Of a stretch of 64,000 bases of DNA, positions 28,486-37,678 are shown one piece after another. Each line of letters opens with the position of its first letter. Positions within the stretch are counted from its first letter, which is position 1. The notes beneath the pieces are model-generated. The model was not told the origin of the DNA, searched no databases, and saw only the letters and a list, made by a program, of their open reading frames with translations. A program made the position numbers and the translations under genes. Source of the DNA: Gemmatimonadales bacterium (GTDB lineage Bacteria > Gemmatimonadota > Gemmatimonadetes > Gemmatimonadales > GWC2-71-9); contig JACDBX010000015.1 of the NCBI GenBank assembly GCA_013694695.1, forward strand, positions 4,187-68,186, given 5' to 3'.

Positions 28486-28556
28486 TGCATCGTGCGTCCC
28501 GCACCATTCCGCAGGCATTAGATTCCGGCCTCACGACGAACCGCGGAGTCCTGCGA

Positions 28557-29468
28557 ATGCTGCCGATCGACCTCACCGGAAAACGTGCCTTTGTCGCGGG
28601 TGTCGCCGACGACGGAGGCTTCGGGTTTGCGATCGCGAAGGCGCTGGCCGAGGCGGGCGCGTCGGTCTGCCTGGGGACGTGGCCCCCGGCACTCGGGATC
28701 TTCGAGGCCCTGCTCGAGCGCGGGAAGATGGCCGGCTCGCTGGAACTCGCCCGTGGTGGCACGCTCACGTTCGAGCGGATCTACCCGCTTGACGCTGCCT
28801 ACGACACGATGGACGATGTTCCCTCCGCAGTGCGCGAGAACAAGCGCTATCGGGATCGGGGAGACTTCACCATCGCCGGCGTGATCGATCGGCTTCGCGC
28901 GGACTTCGGCGAGCAGCCACTCGACATCGTGGTGCATTCGCTCGCCAACGGTCCCGAGGTCCGCAAGCCGCTGCTCGACACATCGCGTCGAGGGTACCTC
29001 GAGGCAATCGGCGTTTCAGCGTACAGCAACGTCGCCTTCGTCCGCGAGCTGGGAGCCTTGATGCGCCCGGGGGGATGCTTCCTGTCGCTCACCTACATGG
29101 CCAGCGAACGGGTGATTCCGGGATACGGTGGCGGAATGTCGACAGCCAAGGCCGCCCTTGAGGCCGACACCCGCACGCTCGCGTTCGAGGCCGGCAGGCG
29201 CTTCGGTGTTCGCGTGAACACGATCTCAGCCGGGCCCTACGCGTCGCGAGCGGCCTCGGCCATCGGCTTCATCGACACGATGATCCGCTACACCACCGCC
29301 AACTCCCCGCTCACCCGCGAGTTCGAGGCAAGCGACGTCGGGAACGCGGCAGCATTCCTCTGTTCACCCCTCGCAGCCGCCATCACCGGGAGCACGATGT
29401 ACGTCGACAACGGCTACCACGCGATGGGGATGGCGGTGACGGACCTCCCCGTCGACCAGCCGTCCTGA
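28557..29468 (+). CDS. fabI: enoyl-ACP reductase, long (plant/chlamydial-type) FabI
   Basis: Start [30 protein letters not shown]...[14 protein letters not shown] fold, and an insertion-bearing form as I recall for chlamydial and plant ENR. Confidence 0.75.
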   Translation: MLPIDLTGKRAFVAGVADDGGFGFAIAKALAEAGASVCLGTWPPALGIFEALLERGKMAGSLELARGGTLTFERIYPLDAAYDTMDDVPSAVRENKRYRDRGDFTIAGVIDRLRADFGEQPLDIVVHSLANGPEVRKPLLDTSRRGYLEAIGVSAYSNVAFVRELGALMRPGGCFLSLTYMASERVIPGYGGGMSTAKAALEADTRTLAFEAGRRFGVRVNTISAGPYASRAASAIGFIDTMIRYTTANSPLTREFEASDVGNAAAFLCSPLAAAITGSTMYVDNGYHAMGMAVTDLPVDQPS

Positions 29469-29484
29469 TGCAACGGATCGGGCA

Positions 29485-29853
29485 GTGACGGTTCGTCTCG
29501 CCGCCACCCTGGGCGCCGTGTTCGCGTTGCTTGCCGTCGCAGCGGGCGCGTTCGGCGCCCATGCATTGCGAAGTCGACTCGAGCCACGCGACCTCGAGAT
29601 CTTCGAGACCGCCGTCCGCTACCAGATGTACCATGCCTTCGCGTTGTTCGTGGCAGCGGCGCTACTGCAGCGGGGCCTGCCGCAGGCCGGAACCGCGGCG
29701 TGGGCATTCGTCGCGGGGATCACGTTGTTCGCGGGATCACTCTACCTGATGGTGTTCACGGGCACGCGTTGGCTCGGTGCTATCACCCCGCTCGGTGGCG
29801 TGGCCTTCCTCGCCGGTTGGACGCTGATCGCGCTGGCGGCCCGAAGGCTCTGA
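29485..29853 (+). CDS. DUF423 (YgdD-like) membrane protein
   Basis: 122 aa, 4 TM. GAFGAHAL...AVRYQMYHA. Confidence 0.7.
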   Translation: MTVRLAATLGAVFALLAVAAGAFGAHALRSRLEPRDLEIFETAVRYQMYHAFALFVAAALLQRGLPQAGTAAWAFVAGITLFAGSLYLMVFTGTRWLGAITPLGGVAFLAGWTLIALAARRL

Positions 29854-29864
29854 CGCCCCGCGCG

Positions 29865-30470
29865 ATGAAAGTGCTCGCAGTGCTCCGCGTGATCGATGCT
29901 GCGTTCGCGGCCGCCCCTCCCGTGCCGTGTCGTGCGGGATGTGCCGCCTGCTGTCACGGCCCGTTTGACATCTCGCCGGCCGATGCCAAGGCCGTCGAGG
30001 CGGGGATGGAGGCGCTCGACAGCGCCACGCGGGGACAGGTCGTAACTCGCGCTCGAGAAGAGATTGCGGCGTTCCAGCACACCCGCCCCGACTGGCAGGC
30101 ACCATACGATGTCGAGTCGCTCGGCGAGGCTGACTTCGACATCATCGCGCATCTTCGGGCAGACGAGCCGTGCCCGGCCCTCAGCGACACGGGCGGTTGC
30201 ACGCTCTACCAGCACCGACCGTCGACCTGCCGACTGATGGGGCGCCCGTGGCTGACCGCAGATGGCGGGCTACTCGCCAACGCATGCCCGATCCAGGAGG
30301 AGTTTCCGGGATACGCAGCGATGCCGCCCACGCCCATCGACCTCGAGATGATCGAGTCTGCGCTCGATGAGATCGACGCCCTTCAACGCAGACAGGGTTC
30401 GCCCGGGACGACCATCGCAGGCGCGATCGTGAGGTGGGCGGGCCGGGGCACCGAGTCGCCACGGCCATGA
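29865..30470 (+). CDS. YkgJ-family cysteine-cluster protein (UPF0153)
   Basis: Start MKVLAVL (Met56 of the ORF). CRAGCAACCHGPF and CPALSDTGGCTLYQHRPSTCR. Confidence 0.65.
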   Translation: MKVLAVLRVIDAAFAAAPPVPCRAGCAACCHGPFDISPADAKAVEAGMEALDSATRGQVVTRAREEIAAFQHTRPDWQAPYDVESLGEADFDIIAHLRADEPCPALSDTGGCTLYQHRPSTCRLMGRPWLTADGGLLANACPIQEEFPGYAAMPPTPIDLEMIESALDEIDALQRRQGSPGTTIAGAIVRWAGRGTESPRP

Positions 30471-30473
30471 GCA

Positions 30474-30510
30474 GTTCGGGCCGACGTCGCATCGCGACAC
30501 CGGCCCGAAC
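30474..30510. terminator. bidirectional hairpin terminator
   Basis: GTTCGGGCCG...CGGCCCGAAC with a nested GTCGC/GCGAC stem, between convergent genes. Confidence 0.6.
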
Positions 30511-30538
30511 ACAGTCAGCCAATCAACCCGCCGCGGGA

Positions 30539-31369
30539 CTACTCCGCGCTGCGCCGACGGCGACGGGCCGCAGCCATTCCGGCAAGACCGGTGGCGATCA
30601 GCGTCATCGTCGCCGGCTCCGGCGTGACCTGGGCCGTGCCGCCCAACACGCCGGCTGGATCGCCCAACATGTTGTCGGCGCACGTCCAGGTCTCGTTGTC
30701 TTCGACAACAGTGCGGCCAGCCCCGTCGGACAGGCAGAGGAAGCCCGTGGACCAACCATTCGGGCCGGAGCCGCTGTGGAGCTGGAGCGAGATGGCGTTG
30801 GCATTCAGTGACGTGAGACCGGCACCGATGAACCAGTAGAACGCCGCCGACCCGCCACCGCTGATCGAGGTCCAAGGCGTCGTGATGCCGCCCGGACAAC
30901 CGGCTCCGGCGCCGCTGCAGAAGGCATCGCCGTTTCCGTTGGTGCGGAAGCCGTTGCCGGTGTTCGGACCCGGTATGTCGCCCTCGGGATCCCAGTCGAC
31001 GCGGGTTCCGCCGAAACCGGCGTCCCAGCCCGTCGCGCCACCCTGCGTTCCCGTCGGGGTGGCGAGGCCACCTAGGCCGATCGCCTTCACGGCGGCGTTG
31101 GAGAAGGTGCCGCCGAAGCCGGCGCGATTCCAGAACAGCAACTCAAGCCAGTTGTTGCTGTAGAGGTTGAGCGACGCTGACGCACAGGTCGGGAAAAACT
31201 GCCCACCCGAGCCGCCCGTGGAACACTGATTGGTCCAGGTCAGGTTGCTGACCACGTAGGCGCCTGCAGTCGGACTGGATACTGTCGGCGGCGGCGCCGG
31301 CCGCCCTGCATGCAGGGCGGCAGGCGACAAAAACGCAGTGACGGCAAGAAACAAGACACGCTTGGACAT
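30539..31369 (-). CDS. PEP-CTERM sorting-domain secreted protein
   Basis: Signal peptide MSKRVLFLAVTAFLSPAALHA. C-terminal VTPEPATMTLIATGLAGMAAARRRRR. Confidence 0.8.
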   Translation of the reverse strand: MSKRVLFLAVTAFLSPAALHAGRPAPPPTVSSPTAGAYVVSNLTWTNQCSTGGSGGQFFPTCASASLNLYSNNWLELLFWNRAGFGGTFSNAAVKAIGLGGLATPTGTQGGATGWDAGFGGTRVDWDPEGDIPGPNTGNGFRTNGNGDAFCSGAGAGCPGGITTPWTSISGGGSAAFYWFIGAGLTSLNANAISLQLHSGSGPNGWSTGFLCLSDGAGRTVVEDNETWTCADNMLGDPAGVLGGTAQVTPEPATMTLIATGLAGMAAARRRRRSAE

Positions 31370-31593
31370 GGAAGCGTTTCCCGGGCTCGGCAAGGTTGAC
31401 ATGAAGAATCCTGCCCATGCATCCGCAGGAGCCGTGCCACCGGCTGGAGCTGCGCCATCCCCGTAAGCCGTTGTGAATCAATAACTTGACGCCATGGGGG
31501 AGCCGACCTACGGAAATACGCTCGCTCATGCGGTAGACCCGCCACACTAGAAAGCGTCACGACCGCAGGGCGGCCACACCCCCATTGAGACGA

Positions 31594-31620
31594 GGCCGGC
31601 ACCGAATCTCGGTGCCGGCC
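31594..31620 (-). terminator. hairpin terminator after the cytochrome oxidase operon
   Basis: GGCCGGCACC-N7-GGTGCCGGCC. Confidence 0.5.
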
Positions 31621-31656
31621 CTCGCCTTTTCTCATACCTGAGACGCGGTCAGCGCG

Positions 31657-32037
31657 TCACCATGGGCCGTCCATCCACCATAGACCCCGGTTGTACCAGA
31701 ACAGGAGGAAGAGGCTGAGGATCACGGTGGTGGCGAGCCCGAGCGAGAACGAGAACACCCAGGTCAGCGCCTTGATGTCAAACTTCAGGTGCATGTAGAA
31801 GGCGGCGACCAGGAAGAACTTGAGCGCTGAAAGAGCCAGAAGGAGCTCGACGAACCATGGACCCAGCGACGTGGCCAGGGCGCCCGAACTCTCGCGGAGC
31901 GACCCGAAGATCGCCTCGTACAGCAGCACCTCGAGCGCCGTGAGCGCAAAGAGGATGACCGCGATCTGGATGTACCGACCAGCGCTGGCGTGCGCGTGGT
32001 CGAGATGCTCGCCGTGCGCGTCGGTGTGCGAAGCCAT
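31657..32037 (-). CDS. cytochrome c oxidase subunit IV (small membrane subunit)
   Basis: 126 aa, 3-4 TM, directly after subunit III. Confidence 0.65.
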   Translation of the reverse strand: MASHTDAHGEHLDHAHASAGRYIQIAVILFALTALEVLLYEAIFGSLRESSGALATSLGPWFVELLLALSALKFFLVAAFYMHLKFDIKALTWVFSFSLGLATTVILSLFLLFWYNRGLWWMDGPW

Positions 32038-32040
32038 TGC

Positions 32041-32661
32041 TCAGCGCCCCAGGCTCATGAGGTAGACAACCGGGAAGATGATGATCCAGACCACGTCGAC
32101 GAAGTGCCAGTACAGCGCGGACAGCTCGAGGTTGATCGCCTTCTCGGCAGGGATCCGTCCCTTGATCGCGTCCTTGAGCAGGGTGGCGAGCCAGACCGTG
32201 CCGATCGCGACGTGCGCGCCGTGGAACCCGGTCAGGGTGTAGAAGCTGGACGAGAAAAGGTTGGTCGAGTACCCCAATCCCTTGTGATAGAAATGGTTGA
32301 ACTCGTAGACCTGCATCGCGACGAAAAACAGCCCGCACATGACGGTAAGCGAGAGCCAGAGAATCAGCTTCTTCCGGTTGCCGTTCTTCGCGCCGTCGAG
32401 GGCCATCACCACGAAGAATGACGAGAAGAGCAGGATCGCCGTGCCGAACGTGACGAGGGGAACCTCGAACATGTCCTTGGGTCCGGGGCCGCCGACCGAC
32501 GAGTCCCGGTAGATCAGGAACGTCGTGATGAGCGAGGCGAACAGGAGGCACTCCGACCCGATGAAGGTCCACATCGCCAGCTTCCGATTGTCGATCGGCA
32601 GCGAGGTGTGATGGGCCTCGGGCGCGGGATGGGCGTCGTGATCGAGCACGGCGGACGTCAT
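32041..32661 (-). CDS. ctaE: cytochrome c oxidase subunit III
   Basis: MWTFIGSECLLFASL, GFHGAHV, ALYWHFVDVVW. GAGGAAG sits 4 nt upstream of ATG 32661. ATG 32706 is an alternative. Confidence 0.85.
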   Translation of the reverse strand: MTSAVLDHDAHPAPEAHHTSLPIDNRKLAMWTFIGSECLLFASLITTFLIYRDSSVGGPGPKDMFEVPLVTFGTAILLFSSFFVVMALDGAKNGNRKKLILWLSLTVMCGLFFVAMQVYEFNHFYHKGLGYSTNLFSSSFYTLTGFHGAHVAIGTVWLATLLKDAIKGRIPAEKAINLELSALYWHFVDVVWIIIFPVVYLMSLGR

Positions 32662-32671
32662 GGCCGCTTCC

Positions 32672-34525
32672 TCAATGTTGCGGGGCGTGAGCATCAACCG
32701 GCTCATATGCCCACTTGAAGACGCCGAAGACCATCAGGGCAAAACCCGCGATGGAAACCGGCGTGAACGGGAAGGCCCACGAACGGTGGACCATCAGCCC
32801 GACGAAGAACATCAGCAACCCGACAGCCACGACCACAGGCCACCATGAAGGCCCCGGCATGTGAATCCCCCTGCCGCTCACGTGCCCTGGCTCGGGGAAC
32901 CGGTCGACGCCCGCTGCGTCCTTCATTGCCCAGAACGCGTCCTTCTCGGCGACGACAGGCTCTTCGGCGAAGTTGAACTCCTGCGGCGGCGACGGAATCG
33001 ACCACTCCAGCGTGGCACCGCCCCACGGGTCGGCGGGGGCGTCGGCCGGGCCGCGCCATGAGCGGATGACGTTCCACATGAACACCAGGATAGACAGCGC
33101 CAGGATGAACGCACCGACGGTCTGCACCATGTTGAAGAGGTCGAAGCCGAGCCCCTCGGGATAGGTGTACACCCGCCGCGGCATGCCCAGCAGCCCGACC
33201 CAGTGCATCGGCATGAACGTGACGTTGAAGCCGATCATCGACAGCCAGAAGTGCCACTTGCCCAGCCCCTCATCAAGCATCCGCCCGAACATCTTCGGCC
33301 ACCAGTAGTACGCGCCGGCGGTCAGCGCAAAAATCGACCCGCCGAACAGGACGTAGTGGAAGTGGGCAACCACGAAGTAGGTGTCGGTTTGCTGCAGGTC
33401 GGCAGGCGCCACCGAGTGCATCACCCCTGACAGGCCACCGATGATGAACATCGCGATGAAGCCGAGCGCGAACAGCATCGGCGTTTTCAGACTGATCGAA
33501 CCACCCCAGACCGTGCCTATCCAGTTGAAGATCTTCACTCCGGTCGGCACCGCGATCAGCATCGTGGCCAGCGAGAAGAACGAATCGGCCAGCGGGCCCA
33601 TGCCGGTCGCGAACATGTGGTGCGACCAGACGCCAAAGCCGAGGAAGGCGATGAACGCGCCGGAGAACACCATCGCGCTGTAGCCGAAGAGCGGCTTGCG
33701 CGAGAACACCGGCAGCACCTCGGACACGATGCCGAAGGCCGGGAGAATCAGGATGTACACCTCGGGATGGCCGAACACCCAGAAGAGGTGCTGCCAGAGC
33801 ATCGGGTCGCCGCCGGCCGCGGTGACGAAGAACCCGCTCCCGAAGGTGCGGTCCGCGGTGAGCATCACCAGTGCGATCGTGATCACCGGGAACGAGAGGA
33901 GGACCAGCACCTGCGTGATCAGCGTCATCCACACGAAGATTGGCATCCGCATCAGCGTCATGCCACGCGCGCGCATGTTGATGATCGTGGTGAAGAAGTT
34001 GACGCCGGCGGCGATCGAGGCGATGCCCAGGATCTGCAGGCCGATCGCCCAGAAGTCCATGTTCATGCCCGGGGAGTACTGGCGGCTCGACAACGGTGCG
34101 TAGCCGAACCATCCGCCGTTCGGTGCTGCGGCGAACAGGAACGAGGCGTTGAGGAATATCCCGCCCAGGATGAACACCCAGAGCGACATCGCGTTCAGTC
34201 GCGGGAAGGCCACGTCCCGCGCGCCGATCAGCAACGGCACGAAGAAGTTGAAGAACATCGCGCTCAGCGGCATGACAGCCAGGAAGATCATCGTGGTGCC
34301 GTGCATCGTGAACAACTGGTTGTACATCTCGGCGCTCACCAGTGTCCCGTTGGGCGTGGCGAGCTGCGCCCGGATGATCAGCGCCTCGATCCCGCCGATC
34401 AGGAAGAAGATGAACGCCGACGCGCCGTACATGATGCCGATCTTCTTGTGGTCGACGGTGGTGAGCCATTCGACGATGGTGCTGCGCTGGTAGGCCGGCG
34501 CGTGCTCGAGAGCAGTGGTTGCCAT
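32672..34525 (-). CDS. ctaD: cytochrome c oxidase subunit I
   Basis: 617 aa. WFFGHPEVYILILPAFG-type motif (LFWVFGHPEVYILILPAFG), HHMF, VAHFHYV. Confidence 0.95.
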   Translation of the reverse strand: MATTALEHAPAYQRSTIVEWLTTVDHKKIGIMYGASAFIFFLIGGIEALIIRAQLATPNGTLVSAEMYNQLFTMHGTTMIFLAVMPLSAMFFNFFVPLLIGARDVAFPRLNAMSLWVFILGGIFLNASFLFAAAPNGGWFGYAPLSSRQYSPGMNMDFWAIGLQILGIASIAAGVNFFTTIINMRARGMTLMRMPIFVWMTLITQVLVLLSFPVITIALVMLTADRTFGSGFFVTAAGGDPMLWQHLFWVFGHPEVYILILPAFGIVSEVLPVFSRKPLFGYSAMVFSGAFIAFLGFGVWSHHMFATGMGPLADSFFSLATMLIAVPTGVKIFNWIGTVWGGSISLKTPMLFALGFIAMFIIGGLSGVMHSVAPADLQQTDTYFVVAHFHYVLFGGSIFALTAGAYYWWPKMFGRMLDEGLGKWHFWLSMIGFNVTFMPMHWVGLLGMPRRVYTYPEGLGFDLFNMVQTVGAFILALSILVFMWNVIRSWRGPADAPADPWGGATLEWSIPSPPQEFNFAEEPVVAEKDAFWAMKDAAGVDRFPEPGHVSGRGIHMPGPSWWPVVVAVGLLMFFVGLMVHRSWAFPFTPVSIAGFALMVFGVFKWAYEPVDAHAPQH

Positions 34526-34542
34526 GTGAGTCCGGTCCTCGC

Positions 34543-35721
34543 TCAGCGCTTGGTGCGGAGGTACGCGACAATCGCGTCGGCCTCGGCATCAGAGAGGGTG
34601 TAGCCCTTCATCGCCACGCCGGGCTTGACGTCCTGGGGATGCATGATCCAGCGCTTCAGGTTCAGGTCGGTGTTCGGCAGCCAACCCCCGGCGATCATCT
34701 TCCGCACGCCGATGCCGGCCAGGTTCGGGCCCACCGACCGCTTTGGCTGGTCGATCGAGTTGAGCGAGTGACAGCCTGCGCAGGCCTTCTTGGTGAAGAG
34801 CGCCTTGCCCTCGGCAATTCGCGGATCCCCCGGCACGGGTGCCGCCTGCTCGGCGTCGGTCGGCAGCGCGTCGGGTCCGCGTGCCGCCGCCACCGCCGTA
34901 CCCGACATCGTGTCGCGGACGATGGTGTCGACCGTCACGTGGCCTGTGCCGGTACTCGCGGCGCCTGACATCTCGGGGTCGCGCTTGCGCAACGCCACCC
35001 ACGCGGCGAACTCCTCCGGCGTCTGGGACATCACGTACAGATCCATCCGCGCATGCTGCAGGCCGCAGAACTCGGTGCACGCCCCGGGAAACTCACCGGT
35101 TTCGAGTGCGGTGAACCAGAGGCGGGTCTCACGGTTCGGAAAGACGTCACGCTTGCCGGTGACCTGCGGGATCCAGAAGGCGTGGAGCACGTCGACCGAC
35201 TTCATCCGGAGGTCGACGGTGCGCCCCACCGGGACGTGCATCTGGTTCGCGGTCGTGATACCGTATTCGGGATATCGGAACTCCCACCACCACTGGTGCC
35301 CCACCACCTCGACCTTCAGCGGTGCCTCGCCGCCCGGTGAGGCAGCAGGTACGTTCGCCGTCGCGAAGATGGTCTTGATCGTCGGCACGGCCACGAACGC
35401 CAGCACCACTGCGGGGATCACCGTCCAGATGATCTCGACCACGGTGCTGCCATGAATCTGCTTCGGCCGGGCATCGTTCGGCTTCGCACGAAACCGCCAG
35501 ATGGCCCAGAGCAGGCCCCCTTCCACCACGATGAACACGATCAGCGCGAGCCAGACGGTGGTCATGAAGACCTCGTCAACCATCGCTGCAAAATCGCCCT
35601 TCGGATGCAATGTGGATTGGGGGTACTTGGAGCCGTCCGTGCACCCGGCAAGGCCAAGGAGGACGAAGGACAGAAGGCCGACTGGCAGGAAACGCCGCCA
35701 CGGCGCGCGCACGAGTCGCAT
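34543..35721 (-). CDS. ctaC: cytochrome c oxidase subunit II with fused C-terminal cytochrome c domain (caa3-type)
   Basis: Lipobox LLGLAGC. CuA site CTEFCGLQHARM. C-terminal CAGCHS heme-binding motif. Confidence 0.9.
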   Translation of the reverse strand: MRLVRAPWRRFLPVGLLSFVLLGLAGCTDGSKYPQSTLHPKGDFAAMVDEVFMTTVWLALIVFIVVEGGLLWAIWRFRAKPNDARPKQIHGSTVVEIIWTVIPAVVLAFVAVPTIKTIFATANVPAASPGGEAPLKVEVVGHQWWWEFRYPEYGITTANQMHVPVGRTVDLRMKSVDVLHAFWIPQVTGKRDVFPNRETRLWFTALETGEFPGACTEFCGLQHARMDLYVMSQTPEEFAAWVALRKRDPEMSGAASTGTGHVTVDTIVRDTMSGTAVAAARGPDALPTDAEQAAPVPGDPRIAEGKALFTKKACAGCHSLNSIDQPKRSVGPNLAGIGVRKMIAGGWLPNTDLNLKRWIMHPQDVKPGVAMKGYTLSDAEADAIVAYLRTKR

Positions 35722-35832
35722 CAGCTGGACATCCCGGCTGCGGGGTGGGCCGCTTGTGAAAAGGCGCACAAGCGAAATTCGCGCTCTAGGATACCCGTGG
35801 CGGCGCGCCGGGTCAAGCGAAAACCCATGCCA

Positions 35833-36531
35833 TCAACGGACTTCACTCGCGTGCCACGCTGCCAGTGGGAGGTCGAACGGGAGCGGGCCGGGCACCGTGT
35901 ATGAAAAATGCCACCACTCATTGGTGTAGTTGGTGAATCCTGCGGAGCCCATCGCGTCGACGAGTATCCGGCGATTTGCCGCGACGATCCCGGTGGCGTT
36001 CGCCGTGTGCGAACGGGCAGAGAACTCGTCGAACGGCGTCCCCATGTCGAGCTCCGTGCCGTCGTCGGCTCGGACCAGTGTGAGGTCGACCGCCACACCT
36101 TGATTGTGCCGAGAGCGCCGGGCGATGTACCCGTCATCGAGGAGATCGGTGCGTCCGTGCCGCTCGGTCCATGCCACCATCGCCAGGGTAGCTCGAACCG
36201 GGCGGTACGCATCCCAGATCTTGAGGCGGTAGCCCTGCGCCTCCACCTGCTTCGCCGCCTTCGCGAGCGCCTTCGCCGCCTCCCTGCGCAGGAGTGCCAC
36301 CGGCGCGTCGTACCCCGGCAGCACGCTCCCGGTGAAGTTCTCGGTCCTCGCGTAGCGCATCTCGATCACGGCCATCGGTGCCTCCCGCGCCACCTCGGTC
36401 AGCATCACCCGAGCCGCCGAGTCGGGGGCGACAACCTGCGCCACCGCCTCGGGAACCTGCACGGCAACCGACGGCCCGCACCCCCCGAGCATCAGGGCAA
36501 GCCAGCAGGAGACACCAGGGCCTGGTCGCAT
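35833..36531 (-). CDS. D-alanyl-D-alanine dipeptidase (M15D, VanX/DdpX-like) lipoprotein
   Basis: MRYARTENFTG, IWDAYRP, SRHNQGVAVDL, EWWHFSY. Lipobox LMLGGCG after Met12. Confidence 0.8.
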   Translation of the reverse strand: MRPGPGVSCWLALMLGGCGPSVAVQVPEAVAQVVAPDSAARVMLTEVAREAPMAVIEMRYARTENFTGSVLPGYDAPVALLRREAAKALAKAAKQVEAQGYRLKIWDAYRPVRATLAMVAWTERHGRTDLLDDGYIARRSRHNQGVAVDLTLVRADDGTELDMGTPFDEFSARSHTANATGIVAANRRILVDAMGSAGFTNYTNEWWHFSYTVPGPLPFDLPLAAWHASEVR

Positions 36532-36660
36532 GCACCAATCTACTGCACCGCCCCTCCCCTCCACCCCGGGTGGGAGCTATACTCAGGCAGATGCGGTCCA
36601 CCCGGCCAGACGCCGAGTGGACCGTGGATCGTTGTCGACTTGGACGAAGGAATTGATGCC

Positions 36661-37146
36661 ATGATCAGGGAAATGCGCGAGAAGCTTGGGGCCGAGATCA
36701 CGGCGCTGAGCCACGAGCTGGCCGTCACCCTCCCGCAGGCTATCGCCACAGCCGTGGAGATGGGCGACCTTCGCGAGAACTCGGAGTACAAGGCCGCGCT
36801 CGAGCGACAGCAGTTCGTGCAGGCACGCCTCGGCCAGCTGCACCAGCGACTCAACCAGGTTTCGGAGCTCGCGAACACCGAGGCTCCGACCGATCGCGTC
36901 GGCCTCGGATCACGAGTCATGGTCGAAGACGTCACCACGGGTGAGCCAGAGGAGTACACTCTCGTGCTCGCCGAGATGATGGATATCGATGCCGGCCACA
37001 TTTCCCTTGCATCACCGCTGGGTCGTGCGTTGAAGGACCGAAAGATCGGCGAAGAGGTGACGTTGCAGCTTCCGACGATGCGCCGCAAGCTTCGGGTCAC
37101 AAATCTCGTGACGATCCACGACGCGCCGGAGGAACAGCGCCTCTAG
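36661..37146 (+). CDS. greA: transcription elongation factor GreA
   Basis: ATG at 36661. GDLRENSEYKAA, and a C-terminal domain with ISLASPLGRAL. The long 5' part of the 412-aa ORF is antisense to the dipeptidase gene. Confidence 0.9.
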   Translation: MIREMREKLGAEITALSHELAVTLPQAIATAVEMGDLRENSEYKAALERQQFVQARLGQLHQRLNQVSELANTEAPTDRVGLGSRVMVEDVTTGEPEEYTLVLAEMMDIDAGHISLASPLGRALKDRKIGEEVTLQLPTMRRKLRVTNLVTIHDAPEEQRL

Positions 37147-37616
37147 CGTCGCCCGACGAGGGTGATGTCGAACACCAGCGGAGTGTCCGGGGGAATCTTC
37201 CCGGACCCCTCGCGACCATAGGCAAGGAAGGCGGGAATGAGCAGTTGCCGTCTTCCCCCCACTCGCATTCCCTGGATGCCGTCCTCCCAGCCCGCGATCA
37301 CGCGACCCTCGCCCATCACGAACGTGAATGGGACGCGGTCAGTCGCCGCGAACCGGCTACCGTCAGCGAACATCCCCACATAGTGCACCGCGACCGCAGC
37401 TCCCTCGGCCGCCAACTCACCATTGCCCACCTGCACGTCGCGGTACCACACCCCGCGGCCGATCGGTCTCAGCGAATCGACGTCGATCCCGAGTTCGGGC
37501 GCGAGCTCGACACCGAGCGCGCGCGCGCCGGTTCGAAGTTCGAGGCGCTGTCCGTGAGCGGCACCGCCGACGCCAGCGAGGCCGAGGAACATCAGGAACG
37601 AGAAGACCCGTCGCAT
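37143..37616 (-). CDS. FKBP-type peptidyl-prolyl cis-trans isomerase, secreted
   Basis: VHYVGMFADGSRF, FVMGEGRVIAGWEDG, AYG...IPP..PLVFDI. Signal peptide from Met22. Confidence 0.85.
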   Translation of the reverse strand: MRRVFSFLMFLGLAGVGGAAHGQRLELRTGARALGVELAPELGIDVDSLRPIGRGVWYRDVQVGNGELAAEGAAVAVHYVGMFADGSRFAATDRVPFTFVMGEGRVIAGWEDGIQGMRVGGRRQLLIPAFLAYGREGSGKIPPDTPLVFDITLVGRR

Positions 37617-37678
37617 CAACCCCGGAAACGTCCGGCACGTCGCACCGGATCCCGCACGCCAGACGCGGGTATGTTGCA

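Noticed and set aside
33273-34603. 438-aa (-) and 328-aa (+) ORFs overlapping ctaD
   Set aside because: ctaD (cytochrome oxidase subunit I) is unmistakable in its own frame. The others are alternate or antisense frames with Arg/His/Asp-rich composition.
35908-36660. 5' two-thirds of the 412-aa + ORF that ends as greA
   Set aside because: It is antisense to the VanX-like dipeptidase gene. The GreA domain starts exactly at ATG 36661.
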